Shown: in pieces, positions 8,321 through 18,133 of the stretch
Layout of the letters: each line of letters starts with the position of its first letter
How positions within the stretch are numbered: position 1 is the stretch's first letter
NCBI GenBank assembly: GCA_016186955.1
Contig: JACPKP010000006.1
Coordinates: 4,055-68,054, forward strand
Direction of reading: 5' to 3'
Source of the DNA: Candidatus Daviesbacteria bacterium
Lineage (GTDB): Bacteria; Patescibacteriota; Microgenomatia; Daviesbacterales; UBA10151
DNA length: 64,000 nt
Program-made: the position numbers and the translations under genes
Notes under the pieces: model-generated
Told to the model about the DNA's origin: nothing
Seen by the model: only the letters and a program-made list of their open reading frames with translations
Database searches by the model: none

Positions 8321-10054
8321 ATGAAAGTATCTATTGATTGGTTAAAAGAATTGGTTGAAATAAACGATATCGGCGAAGTGATTCGTCTTCTGCCTTTACG
8401 GACGATTGGAACCAAAGAAGAAACAGAAGATTTCATTGAATTGGACATGAAGGGTTATAACCGGGCTGACCTTTTATCAATGAGGGGGGTTGCTTATGAG
8501 GTGGCTGCGATCACTGATTCAAAAGTGAAATTTTCAGAAAATGAAAGCCAAATTAAAGAAGTTGGCAAAATTAATGTCGAAATTAACAACCCTAAACTCT
8601 GCCCAATTTATTGCGTTGCAAAGATCGAAAACCTAAAAGTTGAACAATCATCTGATGCATGGGTAAAAAAGTTGTCCGATTCTAGTTTGCGCTCAGTCAA
8701 CAAAATTGCAGATATAACAAATTTAATAATGCTGGAATACGGTCAACCGCTGCATGCTTTTGACGCATCTAAAGTTTCAAATGAAACTATTGTGGTAAGA
8801 ATTGCTAAAGATGGGGAAAGGATTACCACATTAGATGGGAAAACCAGGGATCTGGAAACCGCAGATTTGCTGATTGCTGACCCACAAAATAATTTAGGGA
8901 TAGCAGGGGTGATGGGTGGCAAGGATTCTGAAGTAAGTGATTCTACCTCAACAATTTTACTTGAGGCGGCAATTTTTGACCCTGCTGCTTTGCGGGCAAC
9001 CTCCACCAGGCTGGGGATATCATCTGAGGCAAGCAAAAGATTTTATCATGGGTTGACCAAGAAGAGATTGTTCCAAGCTTTGGATGCTGCAATCAAAATG
9101 TATCAGGGTTTGGGTGGAAAATTAACAGCTTTGACAATAGTTGGAGATTTTGAAGACAGGCAAAAAAATATTGTACTGACTAAAGAAAAACTTGATTCAC
9201 TGATTGGAGTTAATATCCCAGCAGATGAGGTTCAAAAATATTTAGAAAAACTACATTTCGCCCTGGCACACCCCCAAGGTGTAGACAGGGATTCGGCTGA
9301 ATTTCACCTCGGGGGTGAATCAAGCTGGACTGTCTCCCCTCCATACTGGAGGCTTGATATAAACATTGAAGAGGATCTGGTGGAAGAAGTAGCAAGGATG
9401 TACGGGTATGAAAAAATTCCTGCCAAAGAATTATCAAAAAACCTGCCTGCCGGCAGGCAGGTTGACCAGAGCTTATTTGAACTGATTTATAAAATAAAAA
9501 CATCCTTGGTCAATCTGGGACTTACTGAAATACAAACATATTCTTTTTACTCAACCCAAATCATAGAAAACTTACAAGTGGACACTGATAATTTGGTAAA
9601 GATAGCCAACCCAATTTCGTCGGAGACAGAATATTTGAGGGACAATATTTGGCCAAACCTTTTGGAAAAGGTTGCCCAAAATATGAAACACGGATTTTCT
9701 GACATAGCGGTATTTGAGGTAGGCAAGGTATATCAGGCTGTTGAGAATAACCGGCCCAAAGAAACTTACAAACTCTCAATTACCCTGTTAAACGGCAGTA
9801 ATAATCCCATCAGGGAGCTTTACCAAATTTTCCAGGATACTTTGTTACACCTGCCTGCCGGCAAGGCAGGCCTTCGAGGTGTGACAAAAAGGGGAAATGA
9901 AGAAAAATATTTCCATCCTACAAGACTTTCGTTTTTAGAACATAGCGGAAAAGAGGTTGGCAAAGTTGCAGAAGTACATCCAAAAATTGTCAATAGGTTT
10001 GGTGTAGAAAAAAGAATAGCGGTACTTGAAATAGAGATTGGAAACCCGTTATAA
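8321..10054 (+). CDS. pheT: phenylalanine--tRNA ligase beta subunit (short form)
   Basis: NRADLLSMRGVAYE, GQPLHAFD, RLDINIEEDLVEEVARMYGY. Confidence 0.96.
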   Translation: MKVSIDWLKELVEINDIGEVIRLLPLRTIGTKEETEDFIELDMKGYNRADLLSMRGVAYEVAAITDSKVKFSENESQIKEVGKINVEINNPKLCPIYCVAKIENLKVEQSSDAWVKKLSDSSLRSVNKIADITNLIMLEYGQPLHAFDASKVSNETIVVRIAKDGERITTLDGKTRDLETADLLIADPQNNLGIAGVMGGKDSEVSDSTSTILLEAAIFDPAALRATSTRLGISSEASKRFYHGLTKKRLFQALDAAIKMYQGLGGKLTALTIVGDFEDRQKNIVLTKEKLDSLIGVNIPADEVQKYLEKLHFALAHPQGVDRDSAEFHLGGESSWTVSPPYWRLDINIEEDLVEEVARMYGYEKIPAKELSKNLPAGRQVDQSLFELIYKIKTSLVNLGLTEIQTYSFYSTQIIENLQVDTDNLVKIANPISSETEYLRDNIWPNLLEKVAQNMKHGFSDIAVFEVGKVYQAVENNRPKETYKLSITLLNGSNNPIRELYQIFQDTLLHLPAGKAGLRGVTKRGNEEKYFHPTRLSFLEHSGKEVGKVAEVHPKIVNRFGVEKRIAVLEIEIGNPL

Positions 10055-10062
10055 TTTAAGTC

Positions 10063-10308
10063 GTGGAAAGAATTCAGGTTGGCTTAGGAGTGTGGACAAA
10101 TATGTATACGCACGAAGAGATAGAAGAAAAAGTAAAAAGACCGCCAGACCCCTGGGTTGTTGAATTTGTGACAAAATCATCTTCTTTAACTGAGCAAGAG
10201 AAAAAAGAGTATTTGGATCCTGTAAATTACAGGCAGATGATGCTTGCAGCTTATGAACATATGTGCAAGGAACACGGCAGAAAGCACCATTCTATAATGC
10301 CACAGTAA
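10063..10308 (+). CDS. hypothetical protein
   Basis: GTG 7 nt after TATAAT. Confidence 0.5.
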   Translation: MERIQVGLGVWTNMYTHEEIEEKVKRPPDPWVVEFVTKSSSLTEQEKKEYLDPVNYRQMMLAAYEHMCKEHGRKHHSIMPQ

Positions 10309-12820
10309 CCCCGACTGAAGAAGAAAACACTCCACCACTGTTATCCTCCAGCGTCACTGTAATGTTATGTGAACCTTTATCACCTTCAGGAAACTCCACA
10401 TGCTGGGCAAAAGGTTCCTGAGTTTGGACATTTTTTTGAGCCCCATCTATACTCCAGGTAACTTTTTTTACCCCTGCGGGGGAATTTGCTTTCGCCAAAA
10501 CATCAAACACCCTGGGGACATTGACCCCGTTACCGATATTGACTATGGCAATTATTGCATTTGTTGAACCGCCCGAGTTAAATCCGGGGATACCGCTGCA
10601 ACCCCTTGCCATACCAACCAGCCTTTGGTCAGGCGCTGTCAGGACCCAATCATCAATCCCTTTCTGCCATTTATTTGCACCTGTGGGGTCATCCTCCTTG
10701 AGCAATACAACATCTTTTTCCTCTGTATCCTCCCCATCATTTGCAATCCTGTGCAGATTGCTTTTACAAACCTTTTGGCGCTGGTAAGAGGGGGCTGCTG
10801 AATTTGGCATTGTTCCTTTCAGGAAAAACTCCTTCCTGGTGGGAGAACCTTCTTTTGGTATACCACCCATCAATCCGTCTACATCACCTGATATGACATT
10901 TTCAGGCTGTTTGGGTCTTTCATCACCCATATCTTTTAAGGCTAGCGTCATAATTTTCTGCCAGATGGGTGAAGCGCCAGTTACACCTGATGTGATAACA
11001 GGGTTCATAACAGAGTTATCGTTATTGCCAACCCAAACCCCAACCACCCTGGAAGACGTATAGCCAAAAGTCCAGTTGTCCCTTTTCTGGTCAGTAGTTC
11101 CTGTTTTGACAGCAACTGTTTTGCCCGGAATATTTAAAACAGAATTGGAGCCAAAAGCTGCCGACCTGGCGCCGTTATCAGACAAAATATTGGAAATGAT
11201 AAAAGCAATCCCTTCATCCAAAACCTTAACTCCTTCCGAATCCCGGTTTTCATATAAAGTCTTGCCCTTGGAATCCTCAACTTTCAAAATTGAAATTGCA
11301 TCATGTTTTTTCCCGCCATTTGCCAACACACCATATGCTGAAGTCAAATCCAGGAGCCTAATTTCCCGTCCGCCTAAAGTCAGGGCTAGACCGGCATTGT
11401 TAATATTTTCTTCTGTTGGCTCCCAGGTTGTCACACCCATCTTGTATGCTAAATCCATGGCATTTTTTACCCCAACCAAAGCCAGCATTTTAACAGCCGG
11501 AATGTTGTAAGAGTTGCCGAGGGCATAGCGTACCTGGACAGGTCCGCGGAATTGGCCGTCATAGTTGACGGGAATATAGGAGGGCCTGTCACCCCCCGGA
11601 AACTCAGTTGATACATCAACCAACACTGATGCTGCGGTGTACCCCTTTTGCAAAGCTGCAGAATAAGTAATTGGCTTTGTGGCGGAGCCCGGCTGCCTTA
11701 AAGCCAGCGCCACATTAACATTCCCGTCATAATCTTTTGCAAAATAATCCTTAGATCCAACCATAGCCAAAATTGCACCAGTCCGGGGATCTAACACAAC
11801 CGCCGCGCCGTTGCCTACTTTATAATTTTTCAGTTTTTCAATCTCCGTCTGGACAATTTTTTGAGTATCTTCCTGTAGTTTATAATCAAGTGTTGTTGTC
11901 ACCTTTAACCCCCCCTGCTCAACCATCTTATCCCCGAATTGTTCAATCAGTTTTTGCTTAACGTACAACACAAAGTGGGGGGCCTTAAACCCGATTTCGT
12001 TTTGGGCGGTCCGGTAAGCCAGCTCCTCGTTTTTTGCTGCTTCAGCCTGGTCTTTCGAAATATAATTATCCTCAACCATCCGCCGCAGTACTTCTGTCTG
12101 CCGTACTTTAGCTAGTTCGGGATGGGTGCCATACGGGGAATAAACAGAAGGCCGCTGGGGCAAACCTGCCAATAGGGAAGCCTCAGCTAAATCCAGCTCT
12201 TTGGCATGTTTTCCAAAATAAAGGTTGGCTGCAGCTTCTATCCCATATGCAGTCCCGCCGTAAGGGATCTCATTTAAATACATTTCTAAAATCTTATCTT
12301 TGGAATAGACCCTTTCAACCTGGACTGCGAGTATCAACTCTTTTACCTTCCTGATCAGGCTGCGGTCGCTGGTCAAAAGCGCATTTTTGACCAATTGCTG
12401 TGTTAGGGTTGAACCCCCGCCTTCCACCTTCCTGTACAACACCAGCTCAAAAAAAGACCTGGCGATGCCTACAGGTGAAAAGCCCTGGTGATTGTAAAAA
12501 TCCTTATCTTCAATAGAGATAGTGGATTTTTTGACCACATCAGGGACTTCTTCAAGTTTGACAGTGGTGCGGTTCTGGTTTTGGAAGATATCATATAAAA
12601 GTTCACCATTGCGGTCGTAAATTTTTGTTGATTGGGCAACATCACGGTTTTGCAGACTTTCAGGTGTGGGAACTTGGGTAAAAAAGAATAAAACCGCGAT
12701 AATAAAAATCAGCACCAGAAAAACCAGGCTGTAAAGTGAGAAGCTTGACAATGTCGATAAAAACCTTAATTTCGAGATATCTGAATAATCAGGATGCCTT
12801 TTAATTCTCCTAAGGGACAT
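10292..12820 (-). CDS. class A penicillin-binding protein with a C-terminal Ig-like domain
   Basis: EDKDFYNHQG, GGSTLTQQL, SATK (SxxK), SYN, KTGT. Confidence 0.95.
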   Translation of the reverse strand: MSLRRIKRHPDYSDISKLRFLSTLSSFSLYSLVFLVLIFIIAVLFFFTQVPTPESLQNRDVAQSTKIYDRNGELLYDIFQNQNRTTVKLEEVPDVVKKSTISIEDKDFYNHQGFSPVGIARSFFELVLYRKVEGGGSTLTQQLVKNALLTSDRSLIRKVKELILAVQVERVYSKDKILEMYLNEIPYGGTAYGIEAAANLYFGKHAKELDLAEASLLAGLPQRPSVYSPYGTHPELAKVRQTEVLRRMVEDNYISKDQAEAAKNEELAYRTAQNEIGFKAPHFVLYVKQKLIEQFGDKMVEQGGLKVTTTLDYKLQEDTQKIVQTEIEKLKNYKVGNGAAVVLDPRTGAILAMVGSKDYFAKDYDGNVNVALALRQPGSATKPITYSAALQKGYTAASVLVDVSTEFPGGDRPSYIPVNYDGQFRGPVQVRYALGNSYNIPAVKMLALVGVKNAMDLAYKMGVTTWEPTEENINNAGLALTLGGREIRLLDLTSAYGVLANGGKKHDAISILKVEDSKGKTLYENRDSEGVKVLDEGIAFIISNILSDNGARSAAFGSNSVLNIPGKTVAVKTGTTDQKRDNWTFGYTSSRVVGVWVGNNDNSVMNPVITSGVTGASPIWQKIMTLALKDMGDERPKQPENVISGDVDGLMGGIPKEGSPTRKEFFLKGTMPNSAAPSYQRQKVCKSNLHRIANDGEDTEEKDVVLLKEDDPTGANKWQKGIDDWVLTAPDQRLVGMARGCSGIPGFNSGGSTNAIIAIVNIGNGVNVPRVFDVLAKANSPAGVKKVTWSIDGAQKNVQTQEPFAQHVEFPEGDKGSHNITVTLEDNSGGVFSSSVGVTVAL

Positions 12821-12926
12821 GTACTAATTATACAAGCCCAAAACTCAAAATTCAAAAGTAAGTAATTTGACTTTTAACCCATAGTATGGTATAGTAATCA
12901 GGCACTTAAATCTTTGGAGGAAGAGG

Positions 12927-13172
12927 ATGAAAGTTTATTACCTTCCCTACGGCGTCAACCATCCGGTTGACACCGAGAGCCTCGCCGCCCTCAAGGCGGC
13001 GGGGATTCCTTTCTCCGTCCTGGAGAAGGACGGAGCGTCCCGGGTTTTAAGAAACCTGGTAGGCGGAGTCGCCTTGGTCGAAGGCCACGGAGCCTTCGAA
13101 ACAGGGCGGTTGATCCGCCGCATCCGCAAGGCCGGGGTTCCGGCCGAGTGCCTGCCGCTGAAGTCACACTGA
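12927..13172 (+). CDS. small GC-rich hypothetical protein
   Basis: SD GGAGG; own promoter and terminator. Confidence 0.65.
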   Translation: MKVYYLPYGVNHPVDTESLAALKAAGIPFSVLEKDGASRVLRNLVGGVALVEGHGAFETGRLIRRIRKAGVPAECLPLKSH

Positions 13173-13182
13173 GCGGTAGTTT

Positions 13183-13213
13183 GCCCCCTACCAGCTGGTA
13201 GGGGGCTTTTTTT
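13183..13213 (+). terminator. intrinsic terminator
   Basis: gccccctacca-gc-tggtaggggc-type stem followed by a T run. Confidence 0.85.
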
Positions 13214-13249
13214 GCTAAAAAAATCTGTACTTGGTAAAATACAATATAA

Positions 13250-13322
13250 CCGCAGGTGGCAGAACGGTTGATGCAACAGACTGTAAATCTGTGCCAAGTA
13301 GGTTCGACTCCTACCCTGCGGA
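13250..13322 (+). tRNA. tRNA-Tyr(GUA), archaeal-like (C1-G72, short variable loop)
   Basis: CCGCAGG/CCTGCGG acceptor stem, ACAGA-CTGTAAA-TCTGT anticodon arm, 5-nt variable region. Confidence 0.96.
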
Positions 13323-13370
13323 CACAGCGAAGCGAAGGACACAGCGAAGCGAAAGACACAGGGCAAGCTT

Positions 13371-14510
13371 TACCCTGCGGACCGCAAAATATTTCTTTTT
13401 AGACTTAAACTGCCTATGAATAAAAGATGTCAAGACTTCAATATTGCACTTTTGTTTTGCTTAGTCAGAAGGACAAAAAATTCTATAAAGGACCTATAAG
13501 TCATGTGAGGGAATTATAAGATATTTATTTTTTATGCTATAATCAATACTTATGGATACCCCTGAAGAGTTAAGGAATACATTATCTTTAGAATCAAATC
13601 TTTCTAGAATTGGTATCACTTCCTTAACATTTCCTCAAATCTTTGAAAAATCAAGAATATTTGGTTTAAAAGCTAATCGTGCTTTTATACCTGAACAAAG
13701 GGGGAGGGTGGCAGATGCCTTATTATTGATGCTAGAGGTTCATTTTGATCAAAATCCTCGTCCAGATGGCACTCCTTATACGGACCACCCCCTAACCGTA
13801 GCAGATAAAATTATGGATATTATGGTTAATCCTGACCCAGAATTAGTCATAGCAGCCCTATTACATGATAGTGTAGAAGACCAAAGTAATAAACTAGCCA
13901 GAAAATATAGAGGATACAACGCAGATTCAACACTAACAGATGAGCAAGCGGCACTAGAATTTATAAAAGTACACTATGGTGCAAGGGTTGGAAGAACTGT
14001 AGCTGCTCTTTCAAATCCCGATTTCAATGCACAATTAGCAATTTTAGGAATAAATGAGAATCACCCTGATTATAGAATACATAAAAATATTCTTTACGCT
14101 CAACACGTTGCGGAAATCTCTGAAAATCCTGATGCGTTTTTAATTAAATTAATGGATTTTACTTCAAATGCTGGAGATTTAATGAAATTACCAGATGGAT
14201 CCCAAAAAATTAAACTAATGAGGAAATATGGCCCTGTTGTGGGTACCATGAAAGATGGACTGTCCCGATTAAATCTTCCTATTAAGGAAAAAGCAAAAAT
14301 TTTATTAGAAGCTAAATTAGAAGACATCGACAATTATATTAGTCAACAGATATCTGCAAAATGATTTTTTTCTTATAAATTTCTATAAACATTTATCTCC
14401 TCAAAGCTCAGAAATGGTATCAGGGTGCGACTAGCGTTCACTAGGCGGACCGAACGAAGTGAGGGGAGCAGGGCAACGTTCTTGCGGAGCAAAGTTGTTA
14501 CCCTGCGGAC
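13371..14510 (+). repeat. two extra copies of the tRNA-Tyr 3' end flanking an HD-domain gene
   Basis: taccctgcggac at 13312, 13371 and 14499. Confidence 0.75.
13552..14364 (+). CDS. stand-alone HD-domain hydrolase, RelA/SpoT/Mesh1-like
   Basis: HFDQ..RPDGTPYTDHPLTVA, AALLHDSVED, IKLMDFTSN. Confidence 0.85.
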   Translation: MDTPEELRNTLSLESNLSRIGITSLTFPQIFEKSRIFGLKANRAFIPEQRGRVADALLLMLEVHFDQNPRPDGTPYTDHPLTVADKIMDIMVNPDPELVIAALLHDSVEDQSNKLARKYRGYNADSTLTDEQAALEFIKVHYGARVGRTVAALSNPDFNAQLAILGINENHPDYRIHKNILYAQHVAEISENPDAFLIKLMDFTSNAGDLMKLPDGSQKIKLMRKYGPVVGTMKDGLSRLNLPIKEKAKILLEAKLEDIDNYISQQISAK

Positions 14511-14566
14511 AGTTTAATCCTATAGTTGCTTTTATTTCTAATTTTAAGTAAAATGTGGTGCTAAAT

Positions 14567-16402
14567 ATGAAAGAAGAAGATTTTTCAAGCATCAACAAGG
14601 CAAGGATTTTACCTCCCATTGGTTCAGAGCTTTTCCTTGCCAAACCCGAGCGCAAAGGTAGTTTACCTCCTAAAATTGCCCAAGACAATAGGCTCATTGA
14701 GCATGCAACGTTCAGGAGAGATCTTTATAAATTATTCGATCATATTTTTGAGTCTATTCAAAACCAAAATCTCAGTATTGGCCAAGCGGTTAAAAAGGGA
14801 TTGATCGGAAAATCAGTTGTTACACGCTTATGGGATGGGCTATCCGATTTTCTTAAGCAGGACGAAAACAATGCCAGAATCCTCCTTTATCTTCCGTTTG
14901 AAACCCTGCCGGATTTAACCGCCGAAAATTGTGTAGAGACTGCCACAGGGCAAAGACTGGTAAATTTATACCAAGATGCTTGGATCAGGCTTCTTCATGA
15001 AACAGAACCCCGGGCGAACTTTGTTGACGGCGATATATTGGAACCGGGTCTTGAACAACCCGAAAGAGTCAGCAAAGCAGGCCATCTTACCCCGGAACTT
15101 CTTATTAGGAAAATAATAACAATTACGGATATACTGCTACTTTTAGAAATAATCCCTGACGGAGATCCGTTAAAATCTATTGCCCAAGGAGTAATGGTTT
15201 CCAAAGATCGGGGACTCATAAGCGGGACAGATTGGGAAAAAGCTTGTGAAATTATTGAAAAAAGGATTAAAGACTTAAGCCTTTTATACCAAAGGGGAGA
15301 AGTTTTTAAAGACCCAAGCTCAGATAAAATTAGCCTGGAAAGGGCAAGTTGGTTAAGAAAAGTGCAGGAGGAAGAAGAGGAAAATAAAAAAGCGTACCTG
15401 CTGTCCCAACAAATTCTTGGCGGACAAAATTTAGAGGCTTTAGTCAAACTTGAGGGGTTGGGAACAGTAGTCATGGCATTAATAAAAACCGGTCAATACT
15501 TGGCCAAGAAGGACAGCGGACAAGCCAAAGAATTTGCCTGCCGGGCGGAAAAAATTATTCAGGAAGCTTGGGAATCAAACGAAATTTCCCTAAAGGATGC
15601 AGTATTGGGAGGGTTGAATCAATGGGCAAGGCTGGGAATTGTTGACAATGCATTTTTACAAACGTTGGGAATTAAATTGACTGATCTATCATCCCCATTC
15701 CAATACGATGAGGGGGGACTTTCTTATGAATTCAAAAGTTTGGTTACAGCCGCAAATAAAATAAAATCCCACCCATTTTTGTCCGGAGTTTTGTACCCGG
15801 GTTTTTTGGTATTTGGATCCAGGCTTAAGGGTTATGCGGATCTGAATGCCGACTTGGATGCTGCAATGTTTTTCAGGCCTAATGCAGATTTTAAAAACAG
15901 GATGCAAATTCTCAGAGTTTTAAGAAGAGAGATTCCTGAAATCCCCAGCATTGATAAATTTCTTGAGTATTGGACAACTTTTGAGGAAGGGAAATTGGTA
16001 TTTGGATCAATCAAGGAGGATACCAGAACATTTGTCGGAGAATCGGCAATACATTTTTTTATGGGCGGGGTTTGGATTGTTGGAGAGCCGGAAATTGCGG
16101 AGCTGCGTGACAACATGCTTGAAAGGTATTTAAATTTGTCCCGTTTTGGCGACGCTAAAATACAAATCAGGCAGAAATTCTTAGGCCAAATTGAACTGGA
16201 CATCCTGCAATACAGGTTAATGCATAAAGGATATGGGAAATTTTATCCGCGGGCAGATAAGGGATACACGCAAAATTCGGATTTGATCGATTATCAAAGC
16301 GATTTTTGGGATCCGGGATACAGGAGGGTTGCAACTAAATTATTTTTAAGCCGGGTTTTCCTGCCAGATCTATACCCAAAATACTTCAATCTGCAACTTT
16401 AA
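14567..16402 (+). CDS. large protein with a pol-beta-type nucleotidyltransferase domain
   Basis: VFGSRLKGYADLNADLD (hGS...DxD) motif. Confidence 0.7.
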   Translation: MKEEDFSSINKARILPPIGSELFLAKPERKGSLPPKIAQDNRLIEHATFRRDLYKLFDHIFESIQNQNLSIGQAVKKGLIGKSVVTRLWDGLSDFLKQDENNARILLYLPFETLPDLTAENCVETATGQRLVNLYQDAWIRLLHETEPRANFVDGDILEPGLEQPERVSKAGHLTPELLIRKIITITDILLLLEIIPDGDPLKSIAQGVMVSKDRGLISGTDWEKACEIIEKRIKDLSLLYQRGEVFKDPSSDKISLERASWLRKVQEEEEENKKAYLLSQQILGGQNLEALVKLEGLGTVVMALIKTGQYLAKKDSGQAKEFACRAEKIIQEAWESNEISLKDAVLGGLNQWARLGIVDNAFLQTLGIKLTDLSSPFQYDEGGLSYEFKSLVTAANKIKSHPFLSGVLYPGFLVFGSRLKGYADLNADLDAAMFFRPNADFKNRMQILRVLRREIPEIPSIDKFLEYWTTFEEGKLVFGSIKEDTRTFVGESAIHFFMGGVWIVGEPEIAELRDNMLERYLNLSRFGDAKIQIRQKFLGQIELDILQYRLMHKGYGKFYPRADKGYTQNSDLIDYQSDFWDPGYRRVATKLFLSRVFLPDLYPKYFNLQL

Positions 16403-16475
16403 ATAACAATTTTGGGTTCAAAATCGTTTAACGAGAGTTGCAAACTCGAGTTAAATGAGTTTATCTTGAGTATAT

Positions 16476-17903
16476 CTACCCTTTGTTGAGAATACTTTGC
16501 CATTTAGGAAGAAAGCGCCTGTCTGCCACTTTCGGTCCATAAGCAGTTCCAACAACAGGTACTTCCAGTTTTTGTGTTACGTATTGCAAAAAGGCTTGTT
16601 CCAAACTTTGGCCTTTAGAGGACGTAAGGGTTGTGACTATTGGACGGCACTCGTTTAAAAGTTGAGTAAGCCGGAATTGGCGCTTATAGTGTGCCGGGTC
16701 GCCAGTATCAGGATGCACTTTTATGCCAATGATTTTATCTGCCGCTAAATCAAAATATTCATCCAAATCAGCAACATAACCCTGATATTTATAAGATTCA
16801 ACTACTTGCCAGTCATTTCTTCCAGATAAAACATCCATGTAACTTACCAGTAAACCGTCAAACGCTTTGCTTCTTTCCGCAAAAGTAAGGGAATATTTAA
16901 GAGCAACTGTATCAAAGTATCCGGTTCTGAAATCACCAAGCCAATCATTTGCGGCATTGTTATACGTTTCTACGAGTGTCTCTGTAAGTTCCGGGTCAAA
17001 ACTTACCAAAGGTCCTGCGCCGTGTCTTGTCAGGTAACTTCTGACAACACCAATTCTAAGGATATTCCCACCATAATTATGGTTTTTCAGTGTTGTTAAA
17101 ACATCTCCTGAGGTTGGGTCAACCTGGGTTACATGGGGAACAAAACCATACCGGGGGTGGTGAAGCGCTCCATGGGAAACTTCATTGACTATGGAACCAT
17201 CCTTTTTGAGTAATTCATCTAAATAATCATCTCCGGTAATTTTTATCAGATCCGCAGCATATCCAAAAGCATCTGCTACAAGACTGACAAGCTCTTTATC
17301 TCTCAACACGCTCATTTCGGAATAAACCCTATCCGGGGGAGCTCCTTCGTAAGAAACTAGTAACTCTTCCGCCGTCTTAAGTTTGGCCAGCCTAATATTT
17401 TCAACTTTTCTTAAGATTGTTTCCCTGTCGCTGAATTCACCTGCCCTTATTGAAAGTTCACTGTTAACTGAATCCTGCACTGCTTCACCAACACCTTTTC
17501 CAATTGTGCCTTTTCTATTCAGTCCGCGTAGTACCTCACGGGTTCTGCTTATTCCGCTATGGAAAGGGGTAGTTGCCAGACAATTTTCATCAATAAACAT
17601 TTTTTCCAGAGGGTTTGGGACTCCAAGCTTTTCTAAATCTAGCGCTTCCTGGAAAAGTTCGACCGGGCTTATGACCATATGTTTTAAATAGGTATCCGCA
17701 CCCTCAAACACACCCGCGCCAAAGTGGCTTAGCGCCATCTCGCGTCCGTCATCGTGGATAATATGGTGTCCGCCTTGCCAACCGCCGGAGCGCCACACAG
17801 TATGGGCATTCAGTTTCCGGACAAGCGCTTGGACAGTATTTCCTTTTGATTCTTCGCCCAAAGCAAGACCATTAACTATGGCAAAATATCTTTCGGTTCC
17901 CAT
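16476..17903 (-). CDS. divergent adenylosuccinate synthetase-like protein
   Basis: LGEESKG, GGWQGGH, GTIGKGVG, RSYLTRHGAGP, FRTGYFD align with PurA motifs with substitutions; ATG at 17903. Confidence 0.85.
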   Translation of the reverse strand: MGTERYFAIVNGLALGEESKGNTVQALVRKLNAHTVWRSGGWQGGHHIIHDDGREMALSHFGAGVFEGADTYLKHMVISPVELFQEALDLEKLGVPNPLEKMFIDENCLATTPFHSGISRTREVLRGLNRKGTIGKGVGEAVQDSVNSELSIRAGEFSDRETILRKVENIRLAKLKTAEELLVSYEGAPPDRVYSEMSVLRDKELVSLVADAFGYAADLIKITGDDYLDELLKKDGSIVNEVSHGALHHPRYGFVPHVTQVDPTSGDVLTTLKNHNYGGNILRIGVVRSYLTRHGAGPLVSFDPELTETLVETYNNAANDWLGDFRTGYFDTVALKYSLTFAERSKAFDGLLVSYMDVLSGRNDWQVVESYKYQGYVADLDEYFDLAADKIIGIKVHPDTGDPAHYKRQFRLTQLLNECRPIVTTLTSSKGQSLEQAFLQYVTQKLEVPVVGTAYGPKVADRRFLPKWQSILNKG

Positions 17904-17909
17904 AATTTT

Positions 17910-17986
17910 CCCTTTCGTCCTGAGCGTAGCCAAGTCATGCTTGGCTAGTCGAAGGACTCATCAGTACGGATTTAATCCGCAGAGGG
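17910..17986 (-). ncRNA. type III hammerhead ribozyme
   Basis: CCCTC^TGCGGAT-TAA-ATCCGTA-CTGATGA-GTCCT...AGGAC-GAAA-GGG: all core nucleotides and stems I-III present. Confidence 0.85.
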
Positions 17987-17988
17987 TT

Positions 17989-18118
17989 GGCAGCGGCCTG
18001 CGGAGACGATGTAATCCGGGGAAAGCATCACTTTATTGATGCAGCCCCAAAGAACAAAGTTTCCGCAGACCTTGAGCTTTTCAGCTCATGCTGCCCGCTT
18101 GCTCACCTTCGGGTGAGC
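17989..18118. ncRNA. unidentified structured intergenic RNA
   Basis: GGCAGC/GCTGCC closing stem, GAGCT-GAAA-AGCTC hairpin, GGTCTGCGGA/TCCGCAGGCC rod, gctcacc-ttcg-ggtgagc hairpin. Confidence 0.55.
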
Positions 18119-18133
18119 GGTGAAGAGTGTTTG

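Noticed and set aside
16476-17903. PurZ (2-aminoadenine pathway)
   Set aside because: Lacks the GSTGKG signature and the aspartate loop; no phage polymerase or datZ/mazZ context
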